A stretch of DNA of 64,000 bases from Myxococcota bacterium (lineage in GTDB: Bacteria; Myxococcota_A; SURF-8): assembly GCA_963674735.2 (NCBI GenBank), contig CAXXQS010000002.1:2112001-2176000 (forward strand). The letters run 5' to 3'. Shown here in pieces: positions 19,790-28,464 of this stretch (within the stretch, counting starts at the first letter, position 1; every line of letters starts with the position of its first letter). Position numbers and translations under genes: made by a program. The notes beneath the pieces are model-generated. The model was given only the letters and a program-made list of their open reading frames with translations. It was not told where the DNA came from and ran no database searches.

Positions 19790-20311
19790 TCATCTGGAAT
19801 TTCGCCGGATTCGTTGGATCTCCTTCTCATCAAGGCCCAAGGAACGCAGAAAATCGTGATGACAGCTTCCCGACAGTTTTTCAAAACCGCAATGCCAGCG
19901 TTGCATTCCCGCTTCATCGAGACCGGACGTGCGAAGAAGCTCGATCCACTGCTCTTTATTCATGACCTGGCCGCTCGCGCTTTTATTATCCTCTTTTAAA
20001 ATACCGACAATCACTTGCTGTTGTCGGCGCAGCGATCCGATTTCCTCATTTAAATCCGACAATCGTTTTTCAAGCGTTGCAAAGTAACTGACGGGACTTC
20101 GTTCTTCAAGTAAGCGCTGAATGTCGGATAACGATAATCCGGCCTCGCGATAGCGACAGATTCGGTGCAAGCGATCCATATCCCGCTTTTCATAAATCCG
20201 GTAACCCGCTTCACTTCGTTTCGACGGGCAAAGCAAGCCGATTGAATCGTAGTACAAAAGCGTGCTGCGAGACAGTCCGAATTCACCTGCCAATTTTCCG
20301 ATGCTGGCCAT
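19790..20311 (-). CDS. MerR-family transcriptional regulator
   Basis: SIGKLAGEFGLSRSTLLYYDSIGLL, GYRIY, GLSLSDI, coiled coil, small His-containing C-terminal domain. Confidence 0.95.
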   Translation of the reverse strand: MASIGKLAGEFGLSRSTLLYYDSIGLLCPSKRSEAGYRIYEKRDMDRLHRICRYREAGLSLSDIQRLLEERSPVSYFATLEKRLSDLNEEIGSLRRQQQVIVGILKEDNKSASGQVMNKEQWIELLRTSGLDEAGMQRWHCGFEKLSGSCHHDFLRSLGLDEKEIQRIRRNSR

Positions 20312-20333
20312 ATTTTCACCTGAAACGTCAACG

Positions 20334-20356
20334 AAAAGGCGGGGTCCGAAGACCCC
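20334..20356 (-). terminator. UUCG hairpin, weak terminator/attenuator between small ORF and merR
   Basis: Minus strand GGGGTC-TTCG-GACCCC-GCC-TTTT. Confidence 0.6.
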
Positions 20357-20375
20357 TATCGAGTGTCAGACCGAG

Positions 20376-20552
20376 TTACTTCGAGCTATCCCGAATGCGT
20401 CCGATCTCCTCGGCGTCAATCCCGAGAAGTTCGAGAAATTCCTGATGGTCTTCGCCGGAGAGCTTTTCGAATTCCCGATGGAATCTGTTCAGTCCTTCCG
20501 TATCCAAGCCGGTTTTCTTCAATAAGGTTTTCCATTGTTCCTTGTTTAGCAT
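20376..20552 (-). CDS. 58-aa stand-alone paralogue of the MerR C-terminal domain
   Basis: RBS AAAGGA before ATG 20552; 31/57 identities, ungapped by hand, to the last 57 aa of the adjacent MerR. Confidence 0.88.
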   Translation of the reverse strand: MLNKEQWKTLLKKTGLDTEGLNRFHREFEKLSGEDHQEFLELLGIDAEEIGRIRDSSK

Positions 20553-20677
20553 CGTGGTTTCCTTTTTGCGAATTCGTGTGTGCGGGCGATTGGGGCGTCC
20601 CCGGCACGGCGGCACACACATGGGTTTTACATGGCTGTCCGTCTCGCTCGATGATCATCAGCCGCGATTCGAAAAGC

Positions 20678-20708
20678 AGGCTAAACTATGAAGTTATAGA
20701 CAGGTCAA
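20678..20708 (-). promoter_or_regulatory. MerR-type sigma70 promoter with 19-bp spacer and dyad operator
   Basis: TTGACC-tgtctataacttcatagtt(19)-TAGCCT; imperfect dyad CTAT-N6-ATAG inside the spacer. Confidence 0.8.
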
Positions 20709-20850
20709 ACAAAATTTGGTTTTTTTATCAGGGTCGTGCATGCGGCATAGCTGACCGGCTCTTGCGAGATAACAGGCGCAAGGACCGGAGCCTGTTGGGA
20801 GACGCGCTCAGATCCGATGAGTGGCACCTTAACCCCCAACAACTCGCCGT

Positions 20851-21696
20851 TTACCAGCCGCAGCCGCGTTCGTACAGATCGTCACCGGCGGCCTGCAGTT
20901 CGTCCCACCAAAAGGTCCACTGGTCGCGGGCGCGCCGGGCGAACTCGGCCACGTCTGTGTCGTCTTCCGCCGCCTGTTGCATCCACTTGCTGTCGAGGTC
21001 GAGGGTGCCGGTGGCGTTGCCGAGTCCCGGTACGCGGGTTGAAAGTCGCGGAACATTCGGCGCCTCGGCCCAGCGGTCGTCGTCGGGCATGGGCAGCAGG
21101 CCCGGCAGGTCGGACCAGGCTTCGATGAAGGTCATTTCCCCCTGGTCGTTGAAGGTGAATTCTTCATAGATCGGGCAGGGTCGGCCATCGTATTCGAAAA
21201 CGATGTAGCAACGTCCGAAGGGCTGGACGGCGAAGGCACGGCAGTCGCGTTCGGGTACGGTTGATGGGTCGAAGCGGCGCAAAATCGCGGCAGTCGATTC
21301 CATCGTCTCCTTGCCATAACCGGTCAACAGCAGCCAGGGCGGCCACTCCCAGCGGGCCACCAAAGCCGAATAATTCGGGACGCTTTCCGGGTCGGCTTCG
21401 ACATCGAGCGTGTCGAAATATTTCAGGCTTTGCTCGATGTAGTATTCGGGCGGCATGGTGGGCGTCAGGCAGGCGGAGCTGGCACCGGGGGTGCCGACGT
21501 TGCGGCAGGACGAGGTGTCTGCGTCCCCGTCACCGTCTACGACGTCGTCCCCATTATCGATCGGATCTGCATCCAGGTCGACCGAATCACGGTCGCCGTC
21601 GGAGGGTGCATCGCCGTCGGTGGCGGATGGGTCGTCACCGCCGCAGCCGAGAAGCAGAAGCCCGATCAGAACAAGCACGAAGCTAGCGTGTCGCAT
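20851..21696 (-). CDS. Lipoprotein with DGD acidic linker and unknown aromatic-rich domain
   Basis: MRHASF...LLGC lipobox, DGD linker, C-terminal domain with ARWEWPPW. Confidence 0.8.
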   Translation of the reverse strand: MRHASFVLVLIGLLLLGCGGDDPSATDGDAPSDGDRDSVDLDADPIDNGDDVVDGDGDADTSSCRNVGTPGASSACLTPTMPPEYYIEQSLKYFDTLDVEADPESVPNYSALVARWEWPPWLLLTGYGKETMESTAAILRRFDPSTVPERDCRAFAVQPFGRCYIVFEYDGRPCPIYEEFTFNDQGEMTFIEAWSDLPGLLPMPDDDRWAEAPNVPRLSTRVPGLGNATGTLDLDSKWMQQAAEDDTDVAEFARRARDQWTFWWDELQAAGDDLYERGCGW

Positions 21697-21991
21697 GGTT
21701 GGTCTCGCGAATTTTGGGTGCGTAATCAAAACGACTGCTGAATCAGACTTCGCCAGATTACCATAGCTATATCGCTCAGGCAATGCCTTGCCATTTCTAT
21801 TGTACGCTGTTTCTCAATTTCCGGAATCCACCATCGCCCGTCCTGCTCGGTTCGTTTTTCGTCAAACAAGGCTCCTGCCTTGTTTTCGGCGGAATCGGTT
21901 CAGGTGAAAAAGGCAAGACACCATGCGGAGCAGAACAAAGCCCTGTTCCTGTTCAAAGAAAAACACAGCAATCCAGCTGCGGTACGCGATG

Positions 21992-23383
21992 TCACGCGTT
22001 GAGCGCCGGTTTTCGCAATTTGTAGAAGATCCGCAGAGATAAGGCCGTTCCCAAAACGGCGGTGGCGCAGAATCCAAGCAGGATCAGCTGCATGGCCTGG
22101 TTGAACGCGGGAAACGACGCGGCGTTCAAAACCTGATCGCCGACCTTGTAGGCAAGGGCCATGGAAATCGCCACCATGCCGGTGGTCATCCCCAAGGTGC
22201 GCATCTGTCCGGTGACGGCCGTCGCCACCCCGTTTTGTTCCGTCCGAATCGAACTCATGATCAGATTCATATTCGGGGCGGCGAATAGCGCGATGCCCAA
22301 TCCCAGGATTCCAAGCACCAGCATCACCGATAAAATGGGGGTATCGAGATTGAAGGTCGAGGCCCAGCCGAGGCCCACCACGTTCAAGAGCATGCCGCCG
22401 GTAACCAGCGGACCGGACGAAAAGCGGTCTGCCAGACGACCGCAAAGCGGCGATAACGCACTTTGAATGAGGGGTTGGATCACCAAGATCCGCCCCGCCG
22501 TGGCCGGGCTCATGCCGTGTCCGAATTGCAGATACAGGCTCATCAGGAAGGTCATGCCGAAGGTGGAGGAGTAATTGAAAAACTGCAGCAGATTGCCGTT
22601 GCGGAAGGTCGCGTTGCTTCGGAACAGGTTCAAGTCCAGCAGCGGATACGGCTTTTGCGATTCCAGCTTCAGAAACACGATCAGGGCGACGACCGAAATT
22701 CCGATCAGCGGCAGTCCGAGCGCGTTATTCATATTGGCTCCGCCGATCACGAACAGACCGATGGTCAACATGCTCACGAAGGTGCCGGTCCAGTCGAAGG
22801 GATCGACCGAGCGGCGAAAGTCCCGTTCGATGATGGTGAAACCCATAAACAGGGCGCTGAAGCAGGGAATGGCGCCCAGAAAGAACACCCACCGCCAGCC
22901 CCAGGCGTGCGTGATGAGTCCGCCCAAAAACGGACCCGCCGAGATACCCAGATAGACGCCGGCCAGCGCGATGCCCAAAACGCGGCCTCGTTTTTGCGGG
23001 GGAAATCCCTCGATCAGGATCGCCAGGCTGCTCGACATCTGCATGGCGCCTCCGAAGGCCTGGACCGCCCGGACCGCGATAAGCGCTTCGATGCTTTGGG
23101 TAAACCCCAGCGCGACGGTCGCCAGGGAGAAAATCGTCAATCCGCCCAGAAAGATCCAGGCGCGCCCGATCATGTCCGACGCCCTTCCGAAGACGAGGAC
23201 GCACATGGCCGATACGCCGAGGAAAACGGATTCCACCAGGCTCAGGGTCACGCCGTCCGCCGCGAATTCCCGCCCGATGACCGGCAAGGCCACCCCGACG
23301 GAGGAAATCATGAACGGCACGGCAAACTGGGCCGAGGTGACGGCGAAGATCAGCATCCATCTTTTTGACTGCTGGTCCGTCAT
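21992..23383 (-). CDS. MFS efflux transporter (DHA2, EmrB/QacA-like)
   Basis: VALPVIGREF, GRASDMIGR, RAVQAFGGA, GPFLGG, WRWVF, PLLDLNLF; ATGA overlap with marR. Confidence 0.92.
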   Translation of the reverse strand: MTDQQSKRWMLIFAVTSAQFAVPFMISSVGVALPVIGREFAADGVTLSLVESVFLGVSAMCVLVFGRASDMIGRAWIFLGGLTIFSLATVALGFTQSIEALIAVRAVQAFGGAMQMSSSLAILIEGFPPQKRGRVLGIALAGVYLGISAGPFLGGLITHAWGWRWVFFLGAIPCFSALFMGFTIIERDFRRSVDPFDWTGTFVSMLTIGLFVIGGANMNNALGLPLIGISVVALIVFLKLESQKPYPLLDLNLFRSNATFRNGNLLQFFNYSSTFGMTFLMSLYLQFGHGMSPATAGRILVIQPLIQSALSPLCGRLADRFSSGPLVTGGMLLNVVGLGWASTFNLDTPILSVMLVLGILGLGIALFAAPNMNLIMSSIRTEQNGVATAVTGQMRTLGMTTGMVAISMALAYKVGDQVLNAASFPAFNQAMQLILLGFCATAVLGTALSLRIFYKLRKPALNA

Positions 23384-23844
23384 GCCTTGACCGCCTCGGT
23401 CGCCGCACGCAGGTTCGCAATCAAGCGGTCGAGCATGTCCAAACACAGCGTGCGTTCCTGTCGGCTGAAACCGGCGAACAAGGTGTCGTTATGGGCGCTC
23501 AGCAGGGCCACCAGGGAATCTTGCAACGCGCGGGCTTTGTCGGTGGGGTAGACGCGTTTGCGCCGTCGGTCTTGCGCATCTTCTTCGCGCCGAATCAGGC
23601 CGTCATGTTCCAGGTCGAACAGGGCACGGGCGGTGGCGGCGCGGTCGATGCACAGGGCGCGGGTCAGATCTTCCTGAATGATGCCTTCCCGGCGCAGGAC
23701 GCCCATCAAAAAGCCGATTTTCCCCCGTGCGATATTCAGCTTCCCCAACGGCTCGGCCAGGTAGGCCATGCTCAGGCGATGCAGCATGCTCAAACGGCGG
23801 CCCGGGGATTGTTCCTCGAAGTCAGTCATATTTTTGTGTGTCAT
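23380..23844 (-). CDS. MarR-family transcriptional regulator
   Basis: GIIQEDL...IDRAATARALFDLEHDGLIRR...DRRRKRVYPTDKA; start could also be 23829. Confidence 0.93.
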   Translation of the reverse strand: MTHKNMTDFEEQSPGRRLSMLHRLSMAYLAEPLGKLNIARGKIGFLMGVLRREGIIQEDLTRALCIDRAATARALFDLEHDGLIRREEDAQDRRRKRVYPTDKARALQDSLVALLSAHNDTLFAGFSRQERTLCLDMLDRLIANLRAATEAVKA

Positions 23845-23862
23845 ACGGACCAACCTTTTCTC

Positions 23863-23931
23863 GCGACTTATCAATAATTGACAAGTCATTTATTGACGAG
23901 TCAACGTATACGACCGGGCGCAAGTTGTCAA
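23863..23931 (-). promoter_or_regulatory. sigma70 promoter of marR-MFS with three tandem palindromic operators
   Basis: TTGACA(23931-23926)-17 bp-TACGTT; TTGAC-N2-GTCAA-like boxes at 23863, 23878, 23893. Confidence 0.75.
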
Positions 23932-24235
23932 GGGCCTATTGGAAAAGAGGAATTCGGCAGGGGGGCAGGTGAAAAGATGCTTCTCTTTGTTATTGGACGT
24001 GAAACTTTACATGCAAAGTGGTACGAAAACGGGTAGCACGACAGTGCTTTCTGCTCTTATTTGGTATAGAAACTATTACAAAATCTTATTGGTTCAAGAT
24101 TCGGGACGTAGACCAGTTGACAATGTGCCCCGCAACACAAGCCCAATCCGGGATTCGAATAGTTTTCACTTGATTCTCTTTAACCTTATATAATATTGTA
24201 AAAGCACACATTATTTTGTTGGGAGTATTGTTCAG

Positions 24236-25441
24236 ATGGCTTTTATTAAAGATTCATCATCAGATTATTATGAGCCAATGACATCGGAAGAATTCCGCTC
24301 TTTTTACCGTAATGGTCGACGAGAATTTGTAAATATTAGCTTTTTGGATGTTGAACTTGAGAACTTTGATAATATTGAATCAGTAGTATTTTCTAATTGC
24401 ATATTTGAGTCGGTAAAATTTGAGCAACAAATAATTAGGAATCTACGTTTTAAAAATTGTCGCTTTAGTAAAACAAACTTTAATAATAGCCAGTTAAGAG
24501 TATTCTTTCAGGATTGTATTTGTGAGCACCTAAATTTCAAGGCTGACGGCAATGCACTAATAATATTTTATGATAGTCAAATTGACCAGATGTCTTATGC
24601 GGGCAATTTGCGTATTATAGTATGCAAAGGAAAGGTTAAAAAATTAACGATCAAAAACATGTCCGATGTTTCTGCATCACGATTTTCAAATTGCAATATA
24701 GAACGTTTTGAATTTCAAGAAGGAGCAATGTGTAACACTCAATTTGTCTATTCAGAATTACATGAGTTGCGTCTAAAAAAAATAAACCTATCAGGAAGCA
24801 AATTCAAACATTGCACACTCAATATTCTAAACTTTAAAAATATTATTAGCTATGATTACGTTGAATTTGTTAAGTCATCTTTTTCTACAACCATTTTTAC
24901 TACGCCTTTTAATTCACCCATATATCAAGACATACCCTGCAATGGTATCAAACTGGTAGACAATAACGGAGGATTAGAATTTCAGCGTTATCTAAAAACT
25001 CAAGCCTATATAAATGAGTTTGCGAGCCAACACTCCTTTTCAGCTAGCGTCTGGCGTTGGACTTCATGTTACGGCCAATCATTGCTTCTCATTTTAGCCT
25101 GGGCAACACTGTTCTCAATTGGTTTTGGTTTTATTTATCATCTCAATATTACGAGTCTTAATTTTCCAGAGAGTGATCAGGCATGCTATTATCTAAACTA
25201 TGAACTTTTAGGACCGAGGAGTGAAGCTCAAGAAAAAATATTTTCTTCTGTAAATTGCAGGTTTTTCTGGATCAACTCTTATTATTTTAGTTTTGTGACA
25301 TTTACGACACTTGGATATGGTGACATAACAGGAAAAACAATTCCAATACGAATCATTGTTATTCTTGAGTCCTTTTTGGGATATTTCCTTTTGGGGATGA
25401 CTTTGGGTGTAATGGTCAATAAATTTATTGTTAGGCCATAA
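24236..25441 (+). CDS. Pentapeptide-repeat beta-helix protein fused to a 2-TM K+ channel pore (Ion_trans_2-like)
   Basis: FxNCxF periodic repeats; YFSFVTFTTLGYGD filter between two TM helices. Confidence 0.88.
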   Translation: MAFIKDSSSDYYEPMTSEEFRSFYRNGRREFVNISFLDVELENFDNIESVVFSNCIFESVKFEQQIIRNLRFKNCRFSKTNFNNSQLRVFFQDCICEHLNFKADGNALIIFYDSQIDQMSYAGNLRIIVCKGKVKKLTIKNMSDVSASRFSNCNIERFEFQEGAMCNTQFVYSELHELRLKKINLSGSKFKHCTLNILNFKNIISYDYVEFVKSSFSTTIFTTPFNSPIYQDIPCNGIKLVDNNGGLEFQRYLKTQAYINEFASQHSFSASVWRWTSCYGQSLLLILAWATLFSIGFGFIYHLNITSLNFPESDQACYYLNYELLGPRSEAQEKIFSSVNCRFFWINSYYFSFVTFTTLGYGDITGKTIPIRIIVILESFLGYFLLGMTLGVMVNKFIVRP

Positions 25442-25472
25442 TAACTTAAAGATGATTTTCTTTTCTTATTTC

Positions 25473-26459
25473 TCAAGTTCCAAATAAGAATACCTTCCTT
25501 GTTCTAGTTTTCGGCTTTTCCCTCACGCAAATAGAGCCAGGAAATATCAAGTCACATCCTATTAGCCAGCTGTGATCACGCATGTTTTTTAGACAGTCGA
25601 TAACCGCCTGATTTTGATCTACCGAGTCTGTGGCAGAGCAGGTTTTTAACGGCACATCCGCAAGAATTTCTTCTAGATTGCCGGATACGGGGGGCCATTC
25701 AATTTGCCCTCTGTAAACAACTGAGTGGATTTTTTCTCCATTAGCTAGACCTAAATGTCGAATTCCACAGTAAGTCCACCCTGGTTCTTGAGGAGCTGAA
25801 CTTTCAACAAGAAGCATCGGCAACATCATTGACCCATCGTAGCCTGAATCGACCGTAAAACAAGGGGGATCATCACGTCTAAGTTTCCTGTGCCAATTAA
25901 ATTCTTTCAATTTTCCATTTTCATGATATTTCAATGCCCCGATAAACGGGATACACCTTGACCAATCAATCACAACTGTTGGCTTCGGGGTATTCCCCTG
26001 ATATTTGAAGTAGCCGTCTCCATTGTATTTTGCTTCTGAAAGCAAGTCATTTGAACCTGGTACGAAGTAAAATAAATAACCAAAACGACTGCGAGTAACT
26101 TTAGTTGTCCGAGTTTTCATTAGTTTGTAAGCCGACAACATGCTTTTTGCATCTGTAAAATGAGAGGTAATACTACCCTTAAAAGAATTCGAATCATAAA
26201 AATTTTGGATGTTGATGCAAATATAATATCCGCGGCGGTTATACTTATTTGATTTCAGACGCTCCAACTCACGATCTGTCTCTGGATGGCTTTGAAACGC
26301 CTCTAGTGCCATATCCATTCGGTTAGCATACTCGCTATATGTCTTAAGCCAAGTTTGTGCCTGGATATGCGTTTTTTCCCTTGGGCTTTTCAGATACTTA
26401 TTAAATTTCTGAGCATCTGCTTGCTTCTGATTGTTTTTTTTGGAACTGAAAAAAAGCAT
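25473..26459 (-). CDS. Hypothetical protein with C-terminal clan AA (retropepsin-like) aspartic protease domain
   Basis: VDSGYDGSMMLP, LANG flap, LIGCDLI; ATG 26459 has a GGGAG RBS. Confidence 0.72.
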   Translation of the reverse strand: MLFFSSKKNNQKQADAQKFNKYLKSPREKTHIQAQTWLKTYSEYANRMDMALEAFQSHPETDRELERLKSNKYNRRGYYICINIQNFYDSNSFKGSITSHFTDAKSMLSAYKLMKTRTTKVTRSRFGYLFYFVPGSNDLLSEAKYNGDGYFKYQGNTPKPTVVIDWSRCIPFIGALKYHENGKLKEFNWHRKLRRDDPPCFTVDSGYDGSMMLPMLLVESSAPQEPGWTYCGIRHLGLANGEKIHSVVYRGQIEWPPVSGNLEEILADVPLKTCSATDSVDQNQAVIDCLKNMRDHSWLIGCDLIFPGSICVREKPKTRTRKVFLFGT

Positions 26460-26514
26460 ATACAACTCCCGGTGGATTTGTTTTGAAAATATGTTGTTTG
26501 GGGGATAGATTACC

Positions 26515-27690
26515 CTAGCGCTCTACTATAGCTAATGAAAAATCGTCCGACTGAAATTCTGTTAATGCTTTGGGACCAACATCAAAAGTTGAATGACCAA
26601 TTACAAATCTATTCTTATCAGGTGGAACAGCGATAATTCCTGCTTTCAAATTACACTCTTCAAGTTTTTTAATGCAAAGATCATAGTTTGCTTCGATAGA
26701 AAGGAATTCGGAAGCATAGTTTGTATTGATCGTCTTAAAAAATTTACTGAAAGGATTATTTTTAGGAGCTAAGGTTCCAACTGGAACTTGACCGGATGTG
26801 GTAGGCTGTAAACACTCATTTAGTTTATTGTGAGCTGTTTTTAGGGAATGATTATTGTCGAATAAATACCGATTGTTAAAAAGTATGTCAAGCGCTTGTT
26901 CTTTTTGGGTCTCCAACTCTACGATGCGCTCATCGAACCATGTGATATGTGCTGCCCCGATTCCAACGATCCAAATGAAAACAAAAAGTAAATTTGCAAG
27001 CGATAGAAAGGTATGTGTACCCAAAAGCAAAGTAGTGGAACTACCGGAAAGAGAGAGATCCAGAAGAGGCCGAAGAAAACCTTTTGCTTGAAGAAAAGTC
27101 ATAACCACTATGCACACAATGAAGACCCATCGCCAAAGCGATGAATAGCCACATTTTTCATAGGTTCTGGAAAGAGATTGCAATAGGAAGAAAGAGGTAA
27201 GGCCGACAAAAATAAGGTCTGGAAGTTTGTCCCAGTAAAAATAAGGACTATCGGGGTTAAACCAGACTATAGCAACTGACCCACTAGCAGCTAAGAGAAA
27301 CAAGATAAATGGGGATGCCATCTTAATATAATCACCAAATACGTGGGGTGTAGTCTGCTTGCTTCCAAATATTTTTAAAAACTCTGATGAGTATCGCAAT
27401 TCGATCGCGGCCTTTAAAATAAGAGAAGTATTAAATATTGCCAATATGTCTATCAAATACGTTTTGAGCAAGCTTTTGGAAAGGATTTGACAAAAGCCAA
27501 TAACGCCTAAAAAGAAGAACGCAGCTATAAACCATTTTAGAGAAGAAGTGGAGGTTGATTTCCTAGATTTCTCAGCTTTGTATATCGAATAGAGCCATAT
27601 CGATCCAAAAATCGAAATAGCCCCTGTACCTAAGGCGATTAAACCAGAAACCAACTCCAAAGTATTTGGATCGATGTTATTGTTTATCAA
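26515..27690 (-). CDS. Multi-pass (about 7 TM) membrane protein with soluble C-terminal domain
   Basis: Hydrophobic segments over residues about 10-250, charged helix, soluble tail; TTG start uncertain. Confidence 0.75.
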   Translation of the reverse strand: MINNNIDPNTLELVSGLIALGTGAISIFGSIWLYSIYKAEKSRKSTSTSSLKWFIAAFFFLGVIGFCQILSKSLLKTYLIDILAIFNTSLILKAAIELRYSSEFLKIFGSKQTTPHVFGDYIKMASPFILFLLAASGSVAIVWFNPDSPYFYWDKLPDLIFVGLTSFFLLQSLSRTYEKCGYSSLWRWVFIVCIVVMTFLQAKGFLRPLLDLSLSGSSTTLLLGTHTFLSLANLLFVFIWIVGIGAAHITWFDERIVELETQKEQALDILFNNRYLFDNNHSLKTAHNKLNECLQPTTSGQVPVGTLAPKNNPFSKFFKTINTNYASEFLSIEANYDLCIKKLEECNLKAGIIAVPPDKNRFVIGHSTFDVGPKALTEFQSDDFSLAIVER

Positions 27691-27963
27691 ATCGAGAACC
27701 TATCAGAATATTTGCGTAAGTCCTAGCTAACCTCCACAACTTTGAATCATGTATCTAGGAAGTGGGGAATCAAATTAATTCGGAATCTGCCTTAGCAATT
27801 CATAACAAGTAATAAAGACACTAGTCAAGTAATTATTATTCCAGAATTAAATAACTATTATTATATTTCATTAAAATAATACACTAATTATTGTATACAC
27901 ACAATACTTTATTTTCGTTTCGCTTTATTTTTAAATGTCTAAATCCTTTCTTCCCTTTTCCGC

Positions 27964-27992
27964 TTGACATCTTGTGGGTGTCCGTTTATATT
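27964..27992 (+). promoter_or_regulatory. sigma70 promoter of the ArsR-family gene
   Basis: TTGACA-17 bp-TATATT. Confidence 0.8.
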
Positions 27993-28029
27993 TTAGTAGT
28001 TGCGTATGTTTGCATATATGCGAGGTTCC

Positions 28030-28425
28030 ATGTCCCAGCTTCAGCCCGACGACCGCCTTTTCGCCATTCACTCAAGCTTCTGCACCGTCATGGCCAACGA
28101 AAAACGCCTGCGCATCCTGTGGCGGCTGGGCGAACACGGCGAACATTCGGTGGGGGAGCTGGCCGAGGCACTCGGTATCTCGATGACCAATGTTTCCCAG
28201 CACTTACGTATTATGCGCGATCAGCGCGCGGTGCTGACACGCAAAGCGGGCCAGACGGTCTACTACCGCTTGTCCAGCCCGAAATTCTTCGAGGGTTGTC
28301 GGCATATCCACGCGGGCCTGGTGGATCTGTACCGCCCGCTCTCCGAGTTGCCGGATCCCCGGACCAGCGCGGCCATCGTGCCGCCGACGGATGCCGATCG
28401 TTCTCCAGCCGCTCCCGAGCGGTGA
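28030..28425 (+). CDS. ArsR/SmtB-family transcriptional regulator
   Basis: ANEKRLRIL, SVGELAEALG, NVSQHL, RKAGQTVYYRL; GAGG RBS. Confidence 0.93.
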   Translation: MSQLQPDDRLFAIHSSFCTVMANEKRLRILWRLGEHGEHSVGELAEALGISMTNVSQHLRIMRDQRAVLTRKAGQTVYYRLSSPKFFEGCRHIHAGLVDLYRPLSELPDPRTSAAIVPPTDADRSPAAPER

Positions 28426-28464
28426 TGATGCGACCCCACGGTCCCTTTCTCAACGAGGCACGCT

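Larger units (their letters stand above)
23950..27960. other. AT-rich, probably horizontally acquired island (three genes)
   Basis: Sharp drop in GC and switch to A/T-ending codons relative to the flanks; no mobility gene seen. Confidence 0.85.
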
